Assembly: GCA_036505535.1 (NCBI GenBank) | Contig: DASXTI010000148.1 | Coordinates: 19,345 to 83,344, forward strand | Direction of reading: 5' to 3' | From: Thermoanaerobaculia bacterium | Lineage (GTDB): Bacteria; Acidobacteriota; Thermoanaerobaculia; UBA5066; Gp7-AA6 | DNA: 64,000 bases | Part shown: in pieces, positions 1-8,476 of the stretch | Numbering within the stretch: position 1 is the stretch's first letter | How the letters are laid out: each line of letters opens with the position of its first letter | Program-made: the position numbers and the translations under genes | The notes under the pieces: model-generated | The model's input: only the letters and a program-made list of their open reading frames with translations | What the model was told of the DNA's origin: nothing | Databases searched by the model: none

Positions 1-136
1 CGAATGAGATCCAGATGACGTTCATGCCGCGCCAGGCGTCGGCGGGATCGCGGCGACAGGCGGATACGCCCAACGCGCTCGACAAGAGACTCGTCGCAGC
101 GAGCACTTGGACAGCCAAGATTCTCGGATCTCTCAT
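1..136 (-). CDS. possible 5' part of a lipoprotein gene running off the left edge (partial, weak)
   Basis: Minus-strand ATG at 136..134 opens a frame that stays open to position 1: MRDPRILAVQVLAATSLLSSALGVSACRRDPADAWRGMNVIWISF. It has a signal-peptide-like core ending in a lipobox-like V-S-A-C, and third codon positions are mostly G/C. It is absent from the ORF track (truncated) and no clear SD is visible. Confidence 0.3.
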   Translation of the reverse strand, partial: MRDPRILAVQVLAATSLLSSALGVSACRRDPADAWRGMNVIWISF

Positions 137-297
137 CGAAGCCGTCTGGAGAGCGCGGTCCCGAAGCTGGCTCTCTCGAACATCTTCCCGACAGGATATC
201 CGTTCGCATACCGGTTGCCGCCGAGGCATTCCTGCGAGAAACTGACCACTGTGAGCCCCTCCCCAAGTTTCGAGCCGAAGCCCCGGCACTCTTCCGA

Positions 298-3200
298 ATG
301 AGCGAATCCACGCTGCTTCTCGTCGGTTACTACGGCTTCGGCAACACTGGAGACGAGGCGATCCTGGCGTCGATCGTGGCCGGATTGAGACGACGGGCGC
401 CGGACGCGCGATTTGTCGTCGTGTCGGGTGATCCCGCCGATACGCGTCGGCGATACGGGGTCGAAGCCGTGGGCTGGAAGGATCCCGTCGCGATTTCCGA
501 GGAAGCGCGCCAGGCCGACCTCGTGGTGGTCGGCGGCGGCGGTCTCTTTCAAGACTACTTGGGCTTCGATCCGGGCGCGCTGCTGACGCCGAGGCATGGC
601 GGCATCAGTTTCTATGCGGGTCCCGCCGTGCTCGCGGCGCTCGCCCGCAAGCCGCTGGCACTCTTCGGGCTCGGATTCGGGCCGCTCGAGTCCGTCCATG
701 CGAGGCGCTTCACACGCGCCGTCGGAGAAGCGGCCTGTCACATTTCCGTGAGGGATGAGGGCTCCAGAGCCCTGCTCGTCTCCGCCGGTCTGGAATCTTC
801 GCGGATCGCCGTGTCGGCCGATCCCGCCTTCACGCTCAGCTTCGAGAAGATCTACCCCGAGGATGTGCTCGCCGGAGCGGGCGTCGAGCCGCGGCCGCCG
901 GTAGTCGGAGTCGCTCTCCGCAACTGGTCGATCGGCGTCGATCCGGCATTCTGGGAGCGCGAGGTCGCTACGGCTCTCGACCTCTTCGTGGAGCGGACCG
1001 GCGGCACACTCCTGTTCGTACCATTCGAGCGCAGCCCATGGGCGAGCGCCGACGATTTCGATCTGGCGCCTCGCATCCGCAAGCGGCTCCGGCACGCGGA
1101 TCGAGCCGCGACCCTCACGGAGCTGCGTCATCCCGCCGAAACGGCGGGTCTTCTGGCCGGCTGCGACCTCGTCCTCGGCATGCGTCTGCACTCTCTGATC
1201 TTCGCGGCCGCCGGCGGTGTGCCCCTCGTCGGCCTCGCCTACGATCCGAAGGTCGGCAGCTTCTTCGAGCGCGTCGGCGCCTCCGACATGGTGATCCCGC
1301 TGGCGGACGTCACCGCTCGCGATCTGCTCAACCTGATGGCGCAGGGCCTTGAGAAGCGCGACGATCGCCGGCTCGGTCTGCTTGGCGCATCCGCGGAGCT
1401 GCGCCGACTCGCCGAGGAAGACTTAGACCGGGTCGCCTCTCTGCTTCTCCAGCCTCCAGTTCTGCCCCCGATTACCGAGGATCTCGTGACGCTCTTCGAC
1501 GACGCCGTTCGAGGCAACATGCTCCAGAGGGAGCAGGCCTCGACGGAGCTCGAGGCGTTGCGCGAGGCTCACGCGGAGCTGCAGACGAGGGCCGCGGAGC
1601 TGGGCACGGCCTTGATCGGTGCGGACCGCCGCGCCGCGGAGGCGGAAAAGCTGCTCCAGGCGGAGCGCGAGTCCCATCTGCGTGAAAAGTCGCTTCTCGA
1701 GCGCCAGGCCGCCGAGGCTCGCCAGGAGCTCAATCAATTCAAGACCTCGCGGCTCTGGAAGACGGCGCATATCTACTGGAGCGCGCGCCGGGGCGTGAGC
1801 CGGGCAAAAACATCGGCGAAGGGCGTTGCCCGCAAGCTGCTGGGGCGCCCGCCATCCGACTGGGCGGGGCGTAACGAGGCGCACGAGGCCATCAAGGAGG
1901 CCGCGCCGCTCGCGATCGAGAACCGGCACGACGTCGTCTGCTTCCCGATCATCGATTGGGACTTCCGCTTCCAGCGGCCGCAGCAGCTCATGAAGCGATA
2001 CGCGGAGGCTGGCCATCGGGTCTTCTACATCGCGCAGCGGTTCCGGCCGGCGGGACAGCCCTACGAGATCTCGGAGAAGGCGCGCAACGTCTTCGAGGTG
2101 TCGCTCCGCGGGCCCGAGAAGAACGTCTATAAGGACCGGCTCGAGACCGAGGAGTCGGAGGCGCTCTTCCAAGGGATCGACGCTCTCCGGCGCGATCGGT
2201 CTCTCGGGGCGACCGCTTCGATCGTGCAGCTCCCGTTCTGGTCGCCCGTGGCCCGGCGCTTCCGAGACGACTGCGCCTGGCCGCTCGTCTACGACCTCAT
2301 GGACCACCACGCCGGGTTTTCCTCGAACACCGCGGCGATGGTCGAGGGAGAGCGGGAGCTTCTCTCGTCGGCCGACCTCGTCCTCGCATCATCGGCGTTT
2401 CTCGAAGAGCAGGCCCGCCGGCAAAACCCGCACGTTCTGCGTCTGCCAAACGCGTGCGATTACGAGCATTTTGCGGCCGTGTCCGAGCCTCGCAACACCC
2501 GGCCCGTCGTCGGCTACTACGGCGCGATCTCCGACTGGTTCGACGCTGGACTCGTCGCGGAGCTCGCACGTCGGCGTCCCGACTGGGATTTCCTGCTCGT
2601 GGGCTCGACCTGGGGCGCCGACCTCGGAGAGCTTCCGAAATTGCCGAACGTCGCGATGCCGGGGGAAAAGCCATATGCCGAGATTCCTCGCTGGCTCGAA
2701 CGCTTCGACGTCGCGTTCATCCCGTTCAAGGTCACTCCGTTGACCGAGGCGACCAATCCGGTCAAGGCATACGAGATCTTCGCGGCCGGAAAGCCCCTCG
2801 TCTCCGTGCCGCTGCCGGAGCTTTTGGCGATGGCGCCACACGTACGGACCGCATCCGCCCCTGCCGAGTTCGAGAAGGAGATCGAGGCGGCACTCCGCGA
2901 CACGAAACCAGACGAGGTCGAGTCCCGGCGCGCCTTCGCCAAAGAGAACACCTGGGCGCGGCGATTCGAGACGATGTCGGCCGCCGTCGCGGGCGCCTTT
3001 CCGAAGGCCTCCGTTGTCGTCGTGACCTACAACAACCGCGATTTGAATCGCCTCTGTCTCGGAAGTGTCGCCGCGCGGACGGAATGGCCGAACTACGAAG
3101 TTCTCGTCGTCGACAATGCCTCGAGCGACGGCACGCGCGAGCTTCTCGATGAGCTGCGGGGGAGCGATCCCCGCATTCGGATCATCGTCAACGAGGAGAA

Positions 3201-4881
3201 CCGCGGCTTTGCCGCCGCCAACAACGCCGGCCTCGCCGCCTCGACGGGCGAGTACCTCGTCATGCTCAACAACGACACGGTCGTGACGCGAGGCTGGGTG
3301 ACCGCTCTGATTCGCCACCTCGCGGCCAATCCGAAGCTCGGTCTCGTTGGGTCGGTCACGAACGCGATCGCCAACGCGGCGAAGATCGAGGTCGGTTACA
3401 CGGACGTCGCGGCCTTGCCGGCCTGGGCTGCGGAGTGGGTCCGCGAGCACGACGGCGAGACCTTTTCGATCCCGATGGTCGCCTTCTTCTGCGTGGCGAT
3501 GCCGCGACGGGTCTACGAGACGGTCGGACCGCTGGACGAGCGGTTCGGCATCGGGATGTTCGAGGACAACGACTACAACCGCCGCGTGCGCGAGAAGGGG
3601 TGGGAGATCCGTTGCGCCCGCGACTCCTTCGTCCACCACTGGCAAAAGGCGTCGTTCCGGCTCCTCGGCAAGGACGCGTACCTGGCGCTCTTCGACGAGA
3701 ACCGAAGAAAGTTCGAGCAGAAGTGGGGGGAGAACTGGAAGGCCGAGGGCATCGACCTCTGGCAGCGAGCCGATCTCGGCTTCTATCGCGATCAGCTCGA
3801 CAACGTCCGTCAGCGGATCGCCGCGGCGCCGGGCGTCGTCGTCTTCCTGCCCTCGGTCGGATGGGGAATCCATCTCTTTCAGCGGCCGCATCACCTGGCG
3901 CGGACCTTCGCCCGCTCGGACTGGGTTTCGATCTTCGATTGCTCGAACGCCCACGACGACGTCAACGGGTTCAAGGAGATCGAGCCGAATCTCTTTCTCT
4001 TCCGGGGACCCTCCGGCGTCCTCCAGCAGATCGCCTCGCCTCTGCTCTGGGCGTTCCCCTACAACTTCGCGCAGAAGGATGGCTATCCGGCCGACGCTCG
4101 TGTCGTCTATGACTGGATCGACGACCTGACCGTCTTTCCATACGACCCGGAGCTTCTCCGGCGCAATCACGAGCGGGGCCTCGCGGAGGCGACGATCGTC
4201 GCGAGCGTGGCGCGGAGACTTCACGAGCAGGCGCTCGCGCGACGGTCCGACGCCCTCTATCTGCCCAACGGCGTCGAGTACGAGCGCTTCGCGGCCGAAG
4301 CGCCTCTCCCCTCGGGAGACCGCGATCTCGACGCCTTCCGCGCGGCGGGTCGCCCGATCGCCGGTTACTACGGAGCGCTCGCCGAATGGTTCGACTACGA
4401 GCTGCTCGATGAGGCCGCGCGTCTCAAGCCGGACTGGAGCTTCCTTCTGATCGGCCCGATGTACGACCAGAGCCTGCTGGGGCGTCCGATGCTGAACAGA
4501 CCAAACGTCCGGTGGACGGGGCCGCGCGACTATCACCTGCTGCCCGGTTACCTGCGCCTGTTCGACGTCGCGACGATCCCGTTCAAGATCAACGAGATCA
4601 CGACCGCCACTTCCCCGTTGAAGCTGTACGAGTACTTCGCCGCCGGCAAGCCCGTCGTGACGACGCCGATGCCCGAATGCATGGCCTACCCCGAGGTCGC
4701 GATCGCTCGGAACGCCCGCGAGTTCGTCGAGGCGCTGGATCGTGCCCGCGTCAGAGGAAAGGATCCCGCCTTCCGGGAGCGGCTCCGGAGTCTGGGCCAC
4801 GAGAACTCCTGGGACGCGCGGGTGAAGGCGGTGCTCGCGCAGCTCGAGCACGCCGGCGAGCACGCGCTGCAGAGAGCCTAG
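298..4881 (+). CDS. 1527-aa multidomain glycan-synthesis protein: polysaccharide pyruvyl transferase (CsaB/WcaK-like) + coiled coil + GT-B (GT1/GT4-like) + GT2 + second GT-B module
   Basis: ATG at 298, one uninterrupted ORF. The N-terminus LLLVGYYGFGNTGDEAIL...VVGGGGLFQDY is pyruvyl-transferase-like (nt ~298-1400). An E/A/R/L-rich coiled coil lies at nt ~1530-1740. HDVVCFPIIDWDFRFQRPQQL (nt ~1927) and VVVFLPSVGWGIHLFQRPHHL (nt ~3835) open two related modules. Each ends in IPFK.....T.ATSPLK/NPVK.YE.FAAGKP.V. SVVVVTYNNRDL..VLVVDNASSDGT..NRGFAAANN..LNNDT (nt ~3005-3700) is a classic GT2 core. Confidence 0.85.
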   Translation: MSESTLLLVGYYGFGNTGDEAILASIVAGLRRRAPDARFVVVSGDPADTRRRYGVEAVGWKDPVAISEEARQADLVVVGGGGLFQDYLGFDPGALLTPRHGGISFYAGPAVLAALARKPLALFGLGFGPLESVHARRFTRAVGEAACHISVRDEGSRALLVSAGLESSRIAVSADPAFTLSFEKIYPEDVLAGAGVEPRPPVVGVALRNWSIGVDPAFWEREVATALDLFVERTGGTLLFVPFERSPWASADDFDLAPRIRKRLRHADRAATLTELRHPAETAGLLAGCDLVLGMRLHSLIFAAAGGVPLVGLAYDPKVGSFFERVGASDMVIPLADVTARDLLNLMAQGLEKRDDRRLGLLGASAELRRLAEEDLDRVASLLLQPPVLPPITEDLVTLFDDAVRGNMLQREQASTELEALREAHAELQTRAAELGTALIGADRRAAEAEKLLQAERESHLREKSLLERQAAEARQELNQFKTSRLWKTAHIYWSARRGVSRAKTSAKGVARKLLGRPPSDWAGRNEAHEAIKEAAPLAIENRHDVVCFPIIDWDFRFQRPQQLMKRYAEAGHRVFYIAQRFRPAGQPYEISEKARNVFEVSLRGPEKNVYKDRLETEESEALFQGIDALRRDRSLGATASIVQLPFWSPVARRFRDDCAWPLVYDLMDHHAGFSSNTAAMVEGERELLSSADLVLASSAFLEEQARRQNPHVLRLPNACDYEHFAAVSEPRNTRPVVGYYGAISDWFDAGLVAELARRRPDWDFLLVGSTWGADLGELPKLPNVAMPGEKPYAEIPRWLERFDVAFIPFKVTPLTEATNPVKAYEIFAAGKPLVSVPLPELLAMAPHVRTASAPAEFEKEIEAALRDTKPDEVESRRAFAKENTWARRFETMSAAVAGAFPKASVVVVTYNNRDLNRLCLGSVAARTEWPNYEVLVVDNASSDGTRELLDELRGSDPRIRIIVNEENRGFAAANNAGLAASTGEYLVMLNNDTVVTRGWVTALIRHLAANPKLGLVGSVTNAIANAAKIEVGYTDVAALPAWAAEWVREHDGETFSIPMVAFFCVAMPRRVYETVGPLDERFGIGMFEDNDYNRRVREKGWEIRCARDSFVHHWQKASFRLLGKDAYLALFDENRRKFEQKWGENWKAEGIDLWQRADLGFYRDQLDNVRQRIAAAPGVVVFLPSVGWGIHLFQRPHHLARTFARSDWVSIFDCSNAHDDVNGFKEIEPNLFLFRGPSGVLQQIASPLLWAFPYNFAQKDGYPADARVVYDWIDDLTVFPYDPELLRRNHERGLAEATIVASVARRLHEQALARRSDALYLPNGVEYERFAAEAPLPSGDRDLDAFRAAGRPIAGYYGALAEWFDYELLDEAARLKPDWSFLLIGPMYDQSLLGRPMLNRPNVRWTGPRDYHLLPGYLRLFDVATIPFKINEITTATSPLKLYEYFAAGKPVVTTPMPECMAYPEVAIARNAREFVEALDRARVRGKDPAFRERLRSLGHENSWDARVKAVLAQLEHAGEHALQRA

Positions 4882-6341
4882 GCCGCCTCGACGCGCGCCG
4901 GTTTCGCTCGCCAACGCGACGCGATCGACTGCGCCACCCATGTGAGATCGGCGATCAAGACCAGGTCGCAGAGCGCTTGGAAGACGAAGAGGTGCCGATC
5001 GGCGCCGATCAGGGAGTCCGCGAGCACGCACACGAGGAACTCGGCGCTGGCGACCAGCACTAACAGCACGATTCCCGCCCGAAGCAGGCGACCTAGTTCG
5101 GAGGAGCGGCGATAACCGAGGAGGGCGAAGAGCAGGTTCCCCGCAAGGAGAAGGGTCAGAAAGGGCAGGGCGAGCGGCCGAAGCTTGAGCCTTAGATCGC
5201 TCCACACGGCGAAGTGACGGGTCATCGTATGCGCAGGCAGTTCTTGCATCTTCTCGAAGTTCCCGAGGGCCGGGGGCCTTAGACGAAGAGCCTGGTCGGC
5301 GCCGCGGCGGACAACCGAGAAGAGTCTCGAAGGATGCGCGAGATAGAAGCGGATCAAGTCTCCGTAGCCGAAGTGCGGAAAGAAGAGTTCCCGGAATCCA
5401 GGGTCCCGGAGAGGACTTTCGGCGACATATGGATTCCGCCCGGAGTCCTTCGCGAGCTCGGGATCGAGCCCAAGCTCCCGCAGGTCGGCAGCGCGGTCGG
5501 GCGAATGCGGCAGCAGCTCGAGAAAGACCGTGTCATAGAGGGCGAGCTGCCGAAAGGATGCCGGAGTGCGCAGGTTGTACCAGGCGGCGAAGAGGCAGAG
5601 TAGAAGCGACAGCCAGACGGCTGGCCTTCGCCACCATGGCCCCGCGCCGCGGGCGAGAAAGACGGCAAAAGCGGCCAGAAACGGTGCCTGGATGGTTTCC
5701 TGTGGCTTTGAGCCGACAAACAGGAACGCACAGACGAAGTAGGCGAGCATTAGGCCGCCCTCGAGCCGCCCCCGCCTGATAGCTGCGGCCGCCACGCCGA
5801 TCGTCAACAGCAGAAAGAGCAGAGAGGCCGTCTGGCTGTAGAACGAATTGAACAGAGCGGCATAGCCGACGTCGGTGAAGACGAATACGAGCAGCACGGC
5901 GAGGGCGGCCTGCGCGGCGTGCGAAAGATCGCGACCGGAGGCGACCAGTAGGCCGATTGCAGTGAGGAGAAGCACGATGTGGAGCGCGCCGAGGACGCGA
6001 ATGTCAAAAACGTGGCCGGAGGCAAAGGGCACTGCCGCATAGCGGGCCAGGAACGCCAGAAGGGTCTCCGAGGTGAAGTAGCCGCTCCGGTACCAGAAGG
6101 GCCGGACGATCGCGAACTTCGTCACCGCCCAGGAGAAGTACTTGTCTTCATAGCTGTCGGCAACGTGCTGAAAACCGGCATATCCCATGACCTTATCGAA
6201 GTCACCGTTGTCCGCGAGGCCTATGATCGGCGGAACGAAAAGCTGAAGTCCGAGAAGAATGGCCGCGGCCCCGACGGCGACCCAGACCACGAGCTGGTTG
6301 GAACGGAAAGATTCGGTGGCTTTCACGAGAACCGAGGCCAA
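4878..6341 (-). CDS. polytopic inner-membrane protein, family not recognised (possibly GT-C-like)
   Basis: 487-aa ORF with about 11-12 hydrophobic spans (LVVWVAVGAAAILLGLQLFV, LGALHIVLLLTAIGLLVA, ALAVLLVFVFTDVGYAALF, LPFLTLLLAGNLLFALLGY...). An acidic loop ADNGDFDK follows TM1. The stop codon overlaps the stop of 298..4881 (CTAG). Confidence 0.7.
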   Translation of the reverse strand: MASVLVKATESFRSNQLVVWVAVGAAAILLGLQLFVPPIIGLADNGDFDKVMGYAGFQHVADSYEDKYFSWAVTKFAIVRPFWYRSGYFTSETLLAFLARYAAVPFASGHVFDIRVLGALHIVLLLTAIGLLVASGRDLSHAAQAALAVLLVFVFTDVGYAALFNSFYSQTASLLFLLLTIGVAAAAIRRGRLEGGLMLAYFVCAFLFVGSKPQETIQAPFLAAFAVFLARGAGPWWRRPAVWLSLLLCLFAAWYNLRTPASFRQLALYDTVFLELLPHSPDRAADLRELGLDPELAKDSGRNPYVAESPLRDPGFRELFFPHFGYGDLIRFYLAHPSRLFSVVRRGADQALRLRPPALGNFEKMQELPAHTMTRHFAVWSDLRLKLRPLALPFLTLLLAGNLLFALLGYRRSSELGRLLRAGIVLLVLVASAEFLVCVLADSLIGADRHLFVFQALCDLVLIADLTWVAQSIASRWRAKPARVEAA

Positions 6342-6468
6342 GGTGGGTTCAGGTACGATTCAAGGCCTGAAAGATGGTGTCAGCATCGGCTACATCCTGT
6401 ATGGAAGTGGCGGTGTTCGGCCGTCGATTTGATCTCGCGAGGGATTCCTCCTCGTCGCATGAGACTCC

Positions 6469-8415
6469 TTGAGCCCTGAATCGGGCTCGGAGCAGTACGC
6501 GCGCTCCATCGGGCTCCTCTCGATCGTCGCCCTGGTTGCCGTTGTTCCTCGGCTTTTGGCCGGCCTGTCGGATCCCATCACCTACGATGGCTACTGGCAT
6601 CTCTTCATCGCCCGGAATCTGGTGCGAGAGTATCGGAGCCTCGCCCATCCACCCCTGTTTCCATTGCTCCTCAAGGCGTCTGACGCCATCCACCACTCGC
6701 GTCTTTCCTACGAAGCCGTTTCCATCGCGTCCGGGGCCGGGGCCGTCTTTCTGTTCGGACGGATCCTGCAAAAGTTGAGAACGAGCCCCGCTGTTCCAGT
6801 CCTCGGCGCCCTGGCGTTTGCGTTCTTTCCGAGCGCGATCCGGATGTCCTCCGTCCTCGAGTCCTACATGCTCTGCGTTCTCTTCGTGCTCGCCGCGTTC
6901 CTGGCGTATCTCGATCTCGTGCGCCCCGACCCCCCTGCAGTCCCCCGGCGAAGCCGCGTAGCGTTCGCAAGCTACGCAAGTCTGGCTCTGCTCTCCCACT
7001 ACGTCGCCGGCCTCTTCTTCGCTGCCTGCCTTGCGGCGCCTCTCCTCGTCGCAGTGGTTCGGCCTTCTTACCGGCACGCGTTCCGACGAGCACTTAAGAG
7101 AAGGTATGCAGCCGACGCCGCCACCTTGCTTATCCCGGCGGCTGTCGGCGGGCTCCTCTTCTGGTTTCTGGCGCGCCCCTGGGTGCGAAGCCTGAATCAC
7201 CTTCCGGAGTTCTACTTTCAACCTGGAGGGGAAACGGCCGCTTCTTTTCTCGTTCGCAATCTCGCGAACACGTTCAACCTCTTTTCACCTTTCACGGTGG
7301 CGAGACACTGGACGGCCATCTTGCTGCTTGGGGTCTTCGCGCTTGTTGTGTTCGCTACATCCGTCACTGGAAACAGTCCGGAGGAGAGCCTCGGCGCGCG
7401 GGCGATGCCTTCGGCCATCCTCCTTCTTCTTCTCGCGATCGGCATGGCCGGAGGTCTTCTCGGCCGCTATCCCTTCGGCGGTGCCATGCGCCATCAGTTT
7501 CTTCTTCTCGTCTTCGGCCTTCTCGCCGGCTTCGTCGCCTTCGACCGACTCCTCGGGTTCGCCTCCCCGATCCTCAGAGTACTCCTCGTAGTTCTGTGCG
7601 CGAGTGCGATAACCGCCAACACCGTCCAGAATCTGCGGGCTTGGTGGACGCCCGGCCCGGACCCGTTCGATGCCGAAGCAAGGACGTTTTGGAGTGAATT
7701 TCCCAATGCCCATCACGTTCATCTCGACCAGTTCAATCTGATCGGTTTTTTCGCGCAACACCATGACTGGCTCTGGACATTCTTGGGTCGCGCCGCGGGA
7801 AACCCCTCTCTCGAGCGCTACGAGATCTCCCGCGAGAAGAGACGTCTAACAGTGGTGGCGCATCGGGACCTCTGGAACATGGACTTTCGCGATCCGAGTC
7901 TCTACGATGCTCTGGCTGGCTCCCGGAGCGCGAGCGACCCCCTCTGCCTCGAAATCTTTTGCGTACGTCAGCCACTCCCTGGCCGACCGGCGAACGCCGA
8001 CAAGAGAGATCTCGACGACCGAATTACCGAACTAGCACCCTACGCTGGTCTGCACGCGAACAAGCTTCTCGTTCGGGGAGACGATGTTTTCGGGGACTTC
8101 TGCGCCGGGCGAGTCGGCGCGGCAAGGCCGTCTCCACGGTTAACCTCGGTCGTTCCCGCAGGAACCCACGCGAGAATCGGCTTTCAGGTCCAGCCCAACG
8201 GCGACTCCGCCATCTCGGTTCTCGGCAGAGGATTCCTGAGAGGCGCCGTCGTGTTCTTGGCGGAACGCGCGCTCAATACCACATACGGCAACAGCGGATG
8301 GATTACCGCTGTGGTCCCATCCGATCTCTACGCGCAGCCGGGCCGCCTCTCGGTTCGTGTCGTCAATCCGGACGACCAGGCTTCGAACGTTGTTTGGTTC
8401 GAGGTCGCGCCCTAA
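6469..8415 (+). CDS. GT-C / PMT(ArnT)-like polytopic membrane glycosyltransferase with C-terminal IPT/TIG-like domain
   Basis: TTG start in the track (exact start uncertain). The N-terminal ~430 aa are multi-spanning, with an early loop motif DPITYDGYWHLFIARNL and many Leu/Phe/Ala-rich helices. The C-terminal ~90 aa (LTSVVPAGTHARIGFQVQPNGDSAISVLGRGF..LSVRVVNPDDQASNVVWFEV) reads like an Ig-like IPT/TIG domain. Confidence 0.65.
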   Translation: MSPESGSEQYARSIGLLSIVALVAVVPRLLAGLSDPITYDGYWHLFIARNLVREYRSLAHPPLFPLLLKASDAIHHSRLSYEAVSIASGAGAVFLFGRILQKLRTSPAVPVLGALAFAFFPSAIRMSSVLESYMLCVLFVLAAFLAYLDLVRPDPPAVPRRSRVAFASYASLALLSHYVAGLFFAACLAAPLLVAVVRPSYRHAFRRALKRRYAADAATLLIPAAVGGLLFWFLARPWVRSLNHLPEFYFQPGGETAASFLVRNLANTFNLFSPFTVARHWTAILLLGVFALVVFATSVTGNSPEESLGARAMPSAILLLLLAIGMAGGLLGRYPFGGAMRHQFLLLVFGLLAGFVAFDRLLGFASPILRVLLVVLCASAITANTVQNLRAWWTPGPDPFDAEARTFWSEFPNAHHVHLDQFNLIGFFAQHHDWLWTFLGRAAGNPSLERYEISREKRRLTVVAHRDLWNMDFRDPSLYDALAGSRSASDPLCLEIFCVRQPLPGRPANADKRDLDDRITELAPYAGLHANKLLVRGDDVFGDFCAGRVGAARPSPRLTSVVPAGTHARIGFQVQPNGDSAISVLGRGFLRGAVVFLAERALNTTYGNSGWITAVVPSDLYAQPGRLSVRVVNPDDQASNVVWFEVAP

Positions 8416-8476
8416 AGCGCGTTCGCAGCCGAGACGAGGGGTCGTCAGGTCGCAGCCTCGGATGGCGGCTTGTGGC

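Noticed and set aside
2389-5205. 938-aa minus-strand ORF, plus many other long ORFs in the track (133..1191, 1423..2310, 3347..4129 and others), overlapping the 1527-aa gene
   Set aside because: Their translations are Arg/Gly/Pro/Ala-rich, low-complexity sequence with no motifs. They lie antisense or out of frame to an ORF with four recognisable domains. This is the typical stop-codon-poor artefact of high-GC DNA.
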